NCBI GenBank assembly: GCA_965112735.1
Contig: OZ218959.1
Location: 2,542,001-2,606,000, forward strand
Direction: 5' to 3'
Length of the DNA stretch: 64,000 nucleotides
Source: Phaeosaccion multiseriatum
Taxonomy: Eukaryota; Protista; Ochrophyta, other classes
Shown: positions 36,457-48,920 of the stretch, in pieces
How positions within the stretch are numbered: position 1 is the first letter of the stretch
Layout of the letters: every line of letters begins with the position of its first letter
Translations under genes and position numbers: made by a program
The notes under the pieces: generated by a model
What the model saw: only the letters and a program-made list of their open reading frames with translations
Told to the model about the DNA's origin: nothing
Databases searched by the model: none

Positions 36457-39400
36457 TTACTTCTTATCCTCCTTCATCTGAACCTTCATGCCCATCTCCT
36501 TCTTCTGCTTGCGACTGAGTAGCAAGCCCTTGCGGTACGCCTCATCCGCTTCCCTCTCCTCTTTTTTCAGCTCCTTACTCTTGAAAGTCATACCCATGAT
36601 GGTTTTGATGCCCGTGGGGCCTTCTTCCACTGCCGCCACCCCTGGCTTGGCCGATTTCGCCTCCTCCTGTACCTCCTTCATTCTCTGCCTTGCCTTCTTT
36701 AGTTCAACGTTGAGCTTGTCCTTATCGTAGAGGGCCCCTTCCAGTTTGAGTTGCAGCTTCTCAATCTCCTCCACGTACTCCTGTATTGGGAGGGAGGGAG
36801 GGAGGGAGGGTGAGAGATGAGGGAAAGGAGGGAGGCAGTGCGGTTTGGAGGGGGGGAGGCGAGGAGAGGGAGGCAGGGAGGAAGGGAGGAAGGGAGGAAG
36901 GGAGGAAGGGAGGTGAGGGAGAGGAGGAGGAAAGAGAGGAGAGAGAGAGAGGAAGGTGAGGAGAGGGAAGGGAGGGAGGGAGGGAGGAAGGTGACGAGAG
37001 AGAGGGAGGCAGTGAGGCAGTCGCTGCAACGCTACTCGCTCACTAAGTCACTCAATGACGGCGGTCATGTGAGTGGGTCAGTCAGGGGCAGTGTCTCAAG
37101 GTGTTCAATCAATCTTTGGCGACGAGCCCGGAAGGGTAGTACGAAGAGGAACGTGTGTGTGTGCGCGCGCGTGTGTGCGTGCGTGCGTTGCGTGACCGTT
37201 ACGCTTACCGCTACCGTCACCTTACATCACCAATCTTACCTCTGCCGCTTCTTTGTGCTCCAAAAACCTTCTGTACTGTTCCTTCTCCGCAGGTTGCATG
37301 AGTTCCATCGGCTTCTCAAAGGTTGACTCCATGGTGGTGGTGTGGTAGTAGTAAGTGGCCTCTCCATCCACGCGAGCCTCTATGGTCTGCCATCCCTTCT
37401 TGGCATCAGCGAAGGGGCGCGTGATGTGGAGGCGGCGGTTACCACTTTTGTGTTTGTTTTGTTTGTGGTATGGTGTGCGTTGGGGGTGGGGAGTGAGGCG
37501 TTTCAAGAGGAGGGGGAGGCGGAGGAGGAGGAGGAGGAGGAAGAGGAGGAGGGGAGGAGGAGGAGGAGGAGGAGGAGGTGGTGGTGGTGGTGGTGGAGGA
37601 GGAGGAGGAGGAGGAGGAGGAGGAGGAGGAGGAGGAGGAGGTAGAGGAGGAGGAGGAAGAGGAGGAGGAGGAGAAGGAGGAGGAGGGAGGGGAGGAGGAG
37701 GAGGAGGAGGAGGAGGAGGAGGGGGGTGAAAGGAGGAGGAAGAGGAGGAGGGGGGGGGTGGGGTGAGGAAGAGGGAGGAGAAGGAGGGGGCGAAGCGGGA
37801 GGAAGAGTCAGTGTCGAAGAGGAGTGGGAGAGAGGACTGATTTGACTGAGGTGCCAGTGTAATCACGCAACCCATCCCCCGTCCCACCCCCTGCCCCCCC
37901 CGCCTCGCCTGCTCTCTCTGACCGCGTGCTTGCTCAAAATTAGCAAGCACTCATGCACGCACACACACACACACACACGCACGCATACACGCACACACAC
38001 GCACGCACACACACGCATACACACAAACGCACACACACACACACGTACACACACGCACACACGAACCCACGCACGCACGCATGCAGGTACTCGCCACTCT
38101 CACCCACTCACCTGCTGTGAACTCTCTTGTTGCACTCCTCGCAAAAGGCGTCCATGCAAGTGTTGCACACAACGGCCGCTCGTCTGAACTGGCAATCCGA
38201 GCAGTACTCCTCCCCGGGCTCCAACACATCCTTTCCATCATCTGCACCCGTCCACTCGTGGCTCGCCATCCCCCCATCCTCCCCCTCCTCCTCCTCCTCC
38301 TGAGCTCGTGCCTCCTCAAGAGCCGCTGCTTCGGCTTCTTCATCTTCGCTGTCGTCGCCATCGGAGCTGTCATCGTCGTCGTCGTCGTCATCATCCTCGT
38401 CGTCGGCGCGCTTCCTCCTAGTTTTCTTCTTCTTGACCTTTTTCTTCTTCGGTGGCTTCTTCTGCGGTGGTGCGGTGCGGTGCCGTTGTTGTTAGAGTGA
38501 GTGGATGCGATGCAGAGGAAGCCGTGCGTGGGTGAGAAAGGGGAGAGGGAGGGGAAGGGGTGACCTGACACCATTTACTACGGGTAACCCGATTCAACCC
38601 TTCCACCCACCCACCGTCCCACCCTCCTACCCACACACTGACGCCATTTACTACGGGTCACCCGATTCAACCCTTCCACCCACCCACCATCCCACCCTCC
38701 TACCCACACACTGACGCCATTAACTACGGGTCACCCGATTCAACCCTCCTACCCACACACACACACAACGAACCTTTCTAGTCCTGAGTGGTTTCCGCTT
38801 CTTCTTTGGCGGAGTGTGCACTCTGTCCCAACACGTGTCGCAAAAGTGTGCCCCGTCGCAGCCCAGGCAGGTGCGGCTCGCCTCTCGCTTGAAACACTCC
38901 GAGCAGGGAGGAAACCAATGGGACTCACCCTGTTCATTATTCGGGTGGGTGGTGAGGTGGTGAAGGGAAGGAGGGGGTTGGGGGACGGAGGGTAATTGGG
39001 ACGGACGGACGGACGGACGGAGGGAGAGGAGAGAGGGAAGGGAGGGGAGGAGAGCGAGGAAGGAAGGGAAGGAGGAGGGGGCGGGATGAGCTCCCGATTT
39101 GAAGGTGATGGGCGGATCCGGGACGGAAGGAGGGGGGGGTGAGGGGCAGGAGATACGCACACACACTCACTCACCGTCATCATGTCTAAATAGAAGCTGA
39201 GCCCCTTTGCCGAGGTCTGCTTGAGCCACCTCTCCGAAGCGTCGAGCTCCCACCCCTCGGGCGGTTGGCTGCGCCTCTCTCCTGTAATGTGGTTGTGGTA
39301 GTAGTTGGTCTTTGCGTTGTCGTCCCAGCCGAGCTTCCAAGCCTTGAGCCACTGCTGGTGGCACTCTTCCTCCTTGCGCTTACGGGCGGTTTCTTCCATG

Positions 39401-42400
39401 AGGAGTCGCACCTGCCGTGCCGCAGAGGGAGAGAGAGGAAGAGGTGGAGAGAGAGGGGCAGAGAGACAGAGACAGAGATGGAGAGGAAGAGAGAGGGGAT
39501 GGAGAGATTGAAAAGAACGCAAAGCCAAAGAGCATGCAAGTGGAAATTTGCCCTCTTGCTCCCCTCCGTGATCATTTCAGTGAGGTGCACCCTCCACCGT
39601 TCTTCGTCCCGTCAGTTCGTTCGTTGGCTTACTTACCTTGGTCATCTCGTGCTCTGCCTTCAGCTCGTTCTCTCTTCTCTTCTTCGCTGCCTGGAGACTC
39701 AGAATCTGTCAAGAAACAACGACCGTGGACAGAGGGGCACAGAGGGTCAGGGTCGGGCAGTTTGAAGCGCGAGTTTCTCCGACGAATGTAGTAGGGTAAC
39801 GCCATCTTCACCTCCGCCCCCTCCCCCTCCGCCTCCTCCTGCTCCTCCTCCTCCTCCTCCTGCTCCTCCTCCTCCTGCTCCTCCTCCTCCTGCTCCTCCT
39901 CCTCCTGCTCCTCCTCGTCCTCTTGCTCGTCCTCCTCGTCCTCTCGCTCCTCCTCCTCGTCTTCCTTCTCCTCCTCCTCCTCCTCCTCGTCCTCCCCCCT
40001 TCCCCCTCTCTCCTCCCTCTTGTTCGTGTCATTGTGCTTGTGCTCTCCCCTGCCCCTGCCCCCTCACCTCTTCCAAATGCTGCGCCACCATGAAGCGATG
40101 CTCTGCGATGGCCTTGGCACGGAGACTGAAGCGCACCTTCATCACCTGAGATGGTCATGCGTTCCGTTAGACACAGAGGGGTCCAGCGAGCGAGGGAGGG
40201 AGGGAGGGGCGGGGGTGAGACAGTGCCAATGATCACGACTATGGCTTCCATTCCCCTCTCTCCCCTCCTCCCCCCCCCCTCTCCCCTCCTCTCTCTCTCT
40301 GTTTCTTCCTCTCTCGCTCCCTCCCTCCCTCCCTCCCTCCCTCCCTCCCTCCCTCCCTCCCCTCTCCTCTACTCACCCTATACACGCTGTGCTTCCTGAA
40401 GGCGCGCTGGATCTGAGTGGCGGCCCGCTCCTGAATAATATGCTTGGCGTGTTTGGCAAACCGGCCTTGGAGAACCAACCGGCCAACCCGCTTCATCCAA
40501 GCCCGCTGTAGGAAGCGAGCAGCAGCGTCCTCCGTCTCCTGCTTGTGGTGTACGGCGATGAAGTTGGCTCTCCACGCGAAACGGTCCAACAGATAACGAC
40601 GGGCCCTTTGGTCTCTGAACCACAGCTGCAAAAGAATCACAGGGAGGGAGGAAGAAAGTGGTCAGAAGGAAGGAAGAAAGACAACACCCAATGAAGAAAG
40701 CAGTGGTGTGTTCGCATGTGTGAGACTGTGTGGCGTGTAACGGTTAAGGCGTTGTAAACTACCAAACGCAAAAAGGTCAAGCAAGCAAGACGAAGCAAGA
40801 CGCAAACGACACGTAAGCAAGCAAGACAACGAACACAGCAAGTGCCCTCTCGCCCTTCACACCCACCTGCAGTCTGCTGGCGGCCTTCTCGAAGCCTGCC
40901 TCCCTCCTCTTCTGCTCTTTCCAATACATCTGGTACCGCGCAATGATACGAATGGGCATGTTGTAGCGCCTTACTGCGCGGCGATACCAGCGCTCGATCA
41001 CCGTGGCCGCCGCCGTGACCATCTGAGGCGCACGCAGAAAGGAGGGGGAAGGGTCGGGGAGGGGCGAGGAGGGGGGGAGGAGGAGTTGAATACATGCGGA
41101 GCGGAAACCCTCTCTCGTGCATTGACGTGTGGGGTTGGTAGGTCACCATAGAGGAGGGAAGATGATGATGGCGGGGGTGAGAGCGATACCACAGAGGAGA
41201 GAGGAGGCATGATGATGATGGCGTGGGGTGAGAGCGTCACCAATACCGCACCATACAACAACGCACATCAATGCATCGCAACGCACAAATGACACCCGAC
41301 ACCCTGTACTGATGACACCCGACACGTTGTACTAATGACACCCGACACCTTGTACTAATGACACCCGACACCTTAAACTAATGACACCCGACACCTTGTA
41401 CTAATGACACCCGACAACTGAAACTAATGACACCCGACACCTTGTACTAATGACACCCGACACCTTGTACTAATGACACCCAACACCTTGTACTAATGAC
41501 ACCCGACACCTTGTACTAATGACACCCGACACCTTGTACTAAGGACACCCGACACCTTGTACTAATGACACCCGACACCTTGTACTAAGGACACCCGACA
41601 CCTTGTACTAAGGACACCCGACACCTTGTACTAAGGACACCCGACACCTTGTACTAATGACACCCGACACCTTGTACTAATGACACCCGACACCTTGTAC
41701 TAATGACACCCGACACCTTGTACTAAGGACACCCGACACCTTGTACTAATGACACCCGACACCTTGTACTAATGACACCCGACACCTTGTACTAATGACA
41801 CCCGACACCTTAAACTAATGACACCCGACACCTTGTACTACTGACACCCGACACGTTGTACTAATGACACCCGACACCCTATAATATACCTGGAAGTGCT
41901 TCGCCTCCCGCAGCTTGATAACTTGCACTCCGAAGCGAAGCGCAAGCACGTGCAGCCACTGTCGGTGGCGAACGTTCCTCTGCAGACGGCAAGCAGCGGC
42001 ATATCTGCGAGCCTGCTCGGCCTCCCACAGCCGTTGTCTGGTGGTCTGTACTTTGGTGTTGATGAGGCCTCTCCAGACGCTGCTGCGCCACGCTCGTTGG
42101 ATTATTCTTGCGTTTGCCTCAAGCTTTGCTGCCAGGCGAGCGGCGCATCTGGTTTTGCGTTGAAAGCAGGGGAGGAGGCGGAGGAGGAGGAGGAGGGAGG
42201 AGGAGGAGGAGGAGGAGGAGGGGGGGGGGGGGGGTGAAGCGGCAGGCTTAACACAAGGAAAGCGGGAAGTAGGGACACAATGAGGGAGGGAGATAGGGAA
42301 GCATGAAGAGGGAGGCAGGCAGGCAGGTAGAGAGGGGGAGAGAGGGATGGAGGGAGAAAGAGAAGGAGAGAAGGGCGTGCGGGCGTCGCTTACCTCTCCT

Positions 42401-44198
42401 TGAGCAGGACGCGCTGCTTCGAGCACTGAAATTCGTACTGGATGAGTCTTGCAGCGCCGTCCCGATCGGCCTCGTGCTGTATGATGGCGAGCCTGTTATG
42501 TGTGAGAGTTGATGTGTTCAGCGAGGCAAGCGTGTTGTAAGTCAATGAGGAAGTAAGTCAGAGTGACTGAGTAAGGGAATGACGCGAGTGGATAACTCGG
42601 TCTGCCTTGCCTTAACTTCACATCCCTCCCTCCCTCCCTCCCTACCTACCTCCCCCACATCCCTCCCTTCTCGTGGCTTGCACCCACCCCACCCAAACCT
42701 ACCTCAGCTCCTCGGGCTCCACAAGGGTAATGTCCCCGCCCGCCTCCTCCATTCCCCTCTGCACGACCTTCTCCTCGTCAACGGCCCCCCTTAACGCGGC
42801 AAAGTCCACGGGTCCGGACATTTCTCTCAGGCAAGTCACCACCCCCTTGCTGAGCATGAGAGCAGCCAGTACGCTGTGGCGACGCTTCTGAGCCTCCACA
42901 TACCGCACCTAAGTTTTTTTGTTGGAGTTCCGAGTTGGTTTGTTTGTTCGTTCCGTGGGTTCAGCTTAAGATTAAGGACATCCACCCACCCACCCACCCA
43001 CACACCCACACACTCACCTCCGTGGCTTTGACTTTCTCCTCCACCTTGGCTCTAAATTGGCAGTTTCGAAGCCAGCGCTGCAGCTTCCGAGTGGCGGCGT
43101 TTTGCCGGGCTATGACCCTTTCTCTCGACCTCTCGATTCTCCTGCACAACTCTTCTCTCAACAGTTTCTGTTGGATGAGTCTTCGGCCGAGTGCCCGTAG
43201 ATCGGACATGGCTTTGCGCCTTCGCTGCACGAGTTGGCGAGCGATGTAAGCGCGCGCTTGTGTTTGGATCTGTGTGTGTGTGTGCGTGGAGTGTGTGAGT
43301 GTGTGTGCGTGTGTGTATGTGTGGGTGCATGTGTGTGTGTGTGTGTGTGTGCCGTGTGCATGTGTGTGTGTGTGTGTTCCAGGTCAGTAAACAGTCTGAC
43401 ACCGCCCTGCTGTGCCAACTCCTGCCCAACCCCCCCCCCCCCCCACACACACACACCCTCCCACTCACCTGTACTGCCGCCTTATTGGTTTGGATGGCCC
43501 ATAAGCGGCAATACTCGGCATAGCGCTGTCGCTCCGTCTCCCCCCGGCACCGAATCTTGGCCTCCACTGCCTCTTGCGAGTGATCGTGAAGTGCCATCAA
43601 CAGAGGAAGGGCCACATCAGAAAGAATGAGTTGCCACTTCGCCTCTCTGAGGGCGAGAAGCTCCTTGCGACGGTTTCGTTTGGCGGCGAGGATGGCCATG
43701 TGTAGGAGGGTTCGACCTCTGTACCGTCGCCAGTTGAGTTGCAGGAGGGAGGCAGCTTTACGCTTGGCGATGTAGAGGCGCTTTTTGGTTAGCAGCGCCT
43801 TTGAGTAAGCAGTGGGGTAGCGGGCAGTGGGGAGGGGGGATGAGTGATGAAGGATTCGAACCACCAACCTCTTCAGGGTAGGGTAGATATGAGGGAGTGA
43901 TTTAATGGGTAGTGCGAGGTAGAAGGGGCTAAGTTGTGGGACGTGGACAGTGGGGTGGGTGGATAGAGAGAGAGAGAGAGTATGAGGTGGAGCATGGGCG
44001 GTTGGTTGGGTGATTGGTTGGGTTTGTTGGTTGGAACGACGTGCTTGCGCCTCGGGGAGGGCGGATCACCACTATGCTTACCTGCATTTGCCACACTGCA
44101 CAGCGCCTAGCGGCCTCTAGAGACATGATCTGAGGGAGAAGAGGAGGAGGGGAGGCGAGGGGTAACAGCACACACACACACATACACATGCACAAACA

Positions 44199-44239
<41 letters not shown>

Positions 44240-47200
44240 CACACACAGATTCACACACACAAGTGGAAGGGGTGGGTAATACCATGCGATATCACGTAAT
44301 GAAGAGAAGAAAGAGGAGAGGAGAGGAGTGGAGAAGAGGGAGAGGAAGACGAGAGGAGAAGAGAGTAGTGGAGAGGGAGAGGAGAAGAGAGGAGGGGCGA
44401 GGAGAAGAAAGAAAAGGTAGAGCAGAGCAGGGCAGAGCAGAGCAGAGGCGAGGGAAGGAGAAGAGAAGAGAGGAAAGAAGACAAGGCGAGGATGAGGTGA
44501 TTGCGAGCAATTCAGGGGAAAGGTAAGACACACAAAGCGCCCATCCCATGCGCGGCCGCTGAGTCCGGGCAGTCGTGCAAGCGCACAGCGATCGTCCATG
44601 AGAGAGGGTCTCCGGGTCTACACACTCTTCTCTCCCTGTCCTTCGCTCTATCTATAAATCTCGCCTTCCATCTCTCTTGCTGCTATCGGCTGAAAGCACT
44701 CTGTACCTAGGGCCAGATGATAATTTATGCCCTTCCTTCCTTCCTCCATTCCTTCGCTCCTCCGTTCCTTCCTTCGCTTGCTTCCGTTCTTCAATTCTTC
44801 CTTCCTTCTTTTCCTTGCTCCTTCATTCTTTCCTTCCTTCCTTCCTTCCTTCTTCCTCTCTCCCTCCCTCTCCCTCCGCCCCTCCCTTCCCCTCCCCCCC
44901 TTCCCTCCCTCCCTCCCTCCTTCCCTCACCTTCCCCGAGCAGAGCGCTTGTCGATCTTTGTGCTCCATCGCTCTTCGTCTCTTTGTCTCTTCACTACGCT
45001 TCCGCCGCTTCGCTGTGAGCCATGCTTTGATTCTTGTCTGCAGTACGAAGGCCGCATCGAACACAAGCTTCCTCTGAGTTCCGAGACAGGGGGGTGAAGA
45101 CAAGAAATTGAAATGAAGACAGAAAGAGAGAGAGAGGAAGAGAGAGCGAGAGACGAGGAGGGCGGGGGGGGGAGTGAGAGGGGCGAGAGACGGACGGTGG
45201 CACATAGTGCTACGACCAAAGTAAGAGGGACAAATGGGCACACACAGGCACACACACACACACACACACGTCAGACAAGGTCCCGCTTGAAGCTTGCGAA
45301 TGGACGATCGATTCCGTGGTCAAATGGCCTCCGTTGTTAGGTATGCTCGCGCATGGTTTCCCCCTCCCTCTCTCTTCCTCACCTTCTCCCTCTCCTTCTG
45401 TCGCCAGAGCCCTACCCTCCACGTCACAAAACCCTTCTTGATACCGCTGCTCATCCACGTGGCACACATGAGGTCGAGTGTTTGAATCGCTCGAGCTCTG
45501 TCGTTCCACCACCTCTCTAGGGCTTCCTGCTCTGCTCTCTTCTGCAGCACCAGCCGTCGCCTGTGAGCAAGGGCAAGTTAAAGGAGGGAGCAGCAACGGG
45601 ACAGGCAAGAAGGAATGTGCACCGCATTCCCACCCCCACCCAAAAGAAGCCAGGAGTCAAACGCAGCAACAAAGTCGAGAGTGAGTGGCTCGCTCTCTCT
45701 CTCGTCCCCTCCCCTCCCTCCCTCCCTCCCTCCCTCCCTCCCTCCCTCCCTCCCTCCCTCCCTCCCTCCCTCCCTCCCTCCCTCCCTCCCTCCCCCCCTC
45801 CCGCCCTCCCTCCCTCCCTCCTTCCCTCCCTCTCTCCCTCACCATCGGCCCGACACGACTCTGCGATACACAGTGCGGTGGTGATTGGACAACACAGCAC
45901 ACATGCGTCGAACGTGCTTGTCGATCGCCACTCTGCTCATTCCATGAGACAACAGAAAGCTCACTGGCAATCGTTGCACCTGCTCTTCAGCCTGCAAGCG
46001 CATATTGTGGAGACGTTTCCGCTCTGTGACTTGCGCTGCCTCGTGTCGGTGCTGCAGACTGTTTTGGTACGTGAAGGCCACGGAGGCAAGCTTGGACCCG
46101 CTCTGATCTCCTGCGGGGAGGTGCTGAGGACGGAGGGAAGAGAGAGGGGGGGAGGGCAGGCAGGCAATGAATAGACGCAAGGGGCTAGGAGGGAGGGAGG
46201 CAGGAAGGGATGGAGGGGAGGAAGGGAGAGAGACAGAGCCCGACATGTGATGTACATACATGCATACACCCTGACGACTCACCTCCTTTCGGAAAGCGTC
46301 AATGGTGATGTCCGGCAGCGAAGAGAAGCGGAACAGCGAGGGTCTATCGTATGCCTCCGACGACGAGGGCGGAGCGGGGCCGTAGGAAACGGAAACAGCG
46401 ATCTTGTCTTGGTCTCCCTTCTCCTCTGCCTCCCCATGTTGTTCTTGCTGCTGCTGCTGCTGCTGCTGCTGCTTCTGCTGCTGCCTTTGTTGTGGGTGGT
46501 GCTTTGGTCTCTTCAGTGAATGTACGGGCGATTGCACCCCTCTCCTCTCCGGTGAGCCCCCCCTGCTGCTCCGGGCCGCCGATCGAGAAGGGGAGAGCGC
46601 AGAAGCCGAAGGCGTCGACACCGCCGCCGCCGACTCCATGCCCTGTCTGGAGGGAGGTGAGCCCAACCTTTCACTTGACCCTCTCCGCCATTCCTGCTGC
46701 TGCGGCTGCTGCGGCTGCTGCTGCTGCTGCTGGTGGTGTCGCCACTCCCCTTCCCCTCTATCCACCTCTCCTTCCTGTCGGGCCTCCGCCTCGTGCTGCT
46801 GATGCTGCCGAAGCAGACGGCCCCGTCCGCTGCAAGAAGAAGAAGGAGGAGGCGAAGCAGGCCCCGCACTCTCTCTCCTCTCTGGCGATCCCTCCCTCCG
46901 CCTCTTCTCCACCGACGGGTGTAGCGGCTGAGGCCGCCGCCCCCCCCCCCCGGACTCCGTCATAATCCTTGGGACCAGTGCCCGTGCTGGCGCTGGTGGC
47001 TCCAAGGTGTATATGCCCACCACTTGCTCGAGTCGACCTCTCCGGCCCCGCTTGCGTCTCTCCACGGACACATCCCCCGTTTGACTGGTCCTCGCGCGTG
47101 GAGCGGCGAATACAGGTGCTGCTTCTCCTCCTCCTCCTCCTCCTGCTGCTGCTGCTGCTACTCCATTTGCGCCGGAATGGGTATTGGGGGAGACCATAAC

Positions 47201-48007
47201 AGGAGCAGCAGCGGCGGCGGCGGGGCCTGGGCTCTTCTCCTCGCGTGCTTGGGCACTTCCAGCAACCCCACTGAGGGCAAGATTCGAAGAAGGCTTGGTC
47301 CTTACTCCAGGGGTCTTGCGGCTGCTGCGACTGCAAGCAGCACCGCCAACGAAGGCCTCTGGGCCAGAGCCGCCCAGCTGCTGCTCCTCCTCAGGGCCGT
47401 CCATGGGCTGAGGCGCCCCCCTGTGGTGGTCCTCATCCCGCCGAGACTTGTTGGAAAAGTGCATCCATTTCCCCTCGGTGTAGTGTCCAATTCCCCCCTT
47501 GCTGCCCTCTCTTCTAACGTCTAACCAGCAGGAGTCTGCATCACTCGCTTCCTCTTCGCTATACCCCCCCTCATCTGCACTACTTCCACCGGGGGACAGC
47601 TCTCCTCCTCTTCTTCGTGTCCTTCTCCTCCGTTGGGGCTCTCCCGTTGCCAATGGGATGGAGTTCACCCCATTCAGGCCGTACTGGGCACCCAGCTCTC
47701 GAATCAGGCGATCGGCCCCACTTTCCCCTGCTGCCCGCAACAGGTGGCTGGCCTGCCTCCCTCCGCGCCCTCGTCGATACTCTCGGGGGCGCTGATGGAG
47801 GCCGTGCTTTATGGAGGGTGGGTGAGATTTGTTCGCCTCTTGCTGGTGGCGGTAGTGCTGCTGGTGCTGCTGCTGGTTGTGCTCGTAAGGTCGCATGTCT
47901 GCGTGCTTCGCAACCCCGCCTCCCGTACCTCCATGCCGCCGCTCTCTCTGCGGCGATTGACACCCTTCGGACTGCATCCTGCCTACCGGCATAACATTCT
48001 CCCCCAT
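36457..48007 (-). CDS. Large IQ-motif protein with three WW and two B-box-type zinc-finger domains, many exons
   Basis: IQ-like [28 protein letters not shown]; WW motifs [15 protein letters not shown] and [19 protein letters not shown]; [18 protein letters not shown] and [18 protein letters not shown]. Could be two genes; exon chain not fully resolved. Confidence 0.7.
38565..38760. repeat. Intronic 73-bp tandem repeat, about 2.7 copies
   Basis: Units start at 38565, 38638 and 38711 (CTGACRCCATTWACTACGGGTMACCCGATTCAACCC..). Confidence 0.9.
41289..41878. repeat. Intronic 23-bp minisatellite, about 25 copies
   Basis: Unit TGACACCCGACACCTTGTACTAA, contiguous, no spacers. Confidence 0.95.
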
Positions 48008-48676
48008 TAGAAGTTACTAACAAAAACGGAGGGAGGAAGAAGAGAAGGGGAGGGAGAGAGCCCTGGTGGTGGGGGTGGTGGTGGTGCTGCTGCTTCTTCT
48101 GCCGCTTCTGCCGCTTCTGCCGCTGCTGCTGCTGTTTCTACAGCTCCTACTACTCCTAGCCATTGTTTTCTTTTTCTCCGCCTCTCTCCTACTCACCACC
48201 GACTCCAGGAGGATAAAAATCGGAAAGGTAAAACCTTGGCTGTGGGGGGCGGTGGCGTTTCTCCCTGACATATTTTTCTTTTCTTTTTTGTCTTACTAAT
48301 ACTCACTCACTCACTCACTCACTCACTCACTCCTCACTCACTCATATCAGCAACAAGAGCAGCAGGAGGAAAGGGGAGAGAGTCGGCACACGGAGGGGAA
48401 GGCAGGACCCGCAATAGCAGCAGCAGGAGGACGACGAGGAGGAGGAGCAACCTCTGACGTTTGGGATGGCCCCCAAGGGGGCTTCGAGCCAGCTTCACGC
48501 CCGCGGATACACACAATTGGAAAGAGCCCACTGGCAAGCTCGCGGACTTATCGAAAAAGGGGGAATGTTGCATGGTTGCATGTTGACGCGGTGAGAGTTG
48601 GCAACGCAAGCAAGGCATCCGAGGTAGAGATGAGCTTGCACAACACACATATGATTGATCGTATTAGTGTTACACA

Positions 48677-48764
48677 CTCACTCACTCACTCACTCACTCA
48701 CTCACTCACTCACTCACTCACTCACTCACTCACTCACTCACTCACTCACTCACTCACTCACTCA
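48677..48764. repeat. (TCAC)n microsatellite (shorter copy at ~48301-48343)
   Basis: Directly visible. Confidence 0.95.
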
Positions 48765-48920
48765 TCTAACCCCTCCGGTGGGATGCTCATACGTAACTGC
48801 CATGCCAGCTATCCCATCCCCCCCTCGCCTCCTCTCTTCTCCCGCCTCTCCTCCCCTCCCCTCTTTCGAGGCCCACCCACAGCACTCTGGCCCGCTCTCA
48901 ATAGCCTGTTCCTGCGCTGT

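Noticed and set aside
37500-37770. Poly-Pro/Glu/Gly ORFs
   Set aside because: Intronic (GGA)n low-complexity tract; ORFs are artefacts of the repeat
41289-41878. CRISPR-like array
   Set aside because: Units are contiguous with no unique spacers; eukaryotic intron; no cas genes
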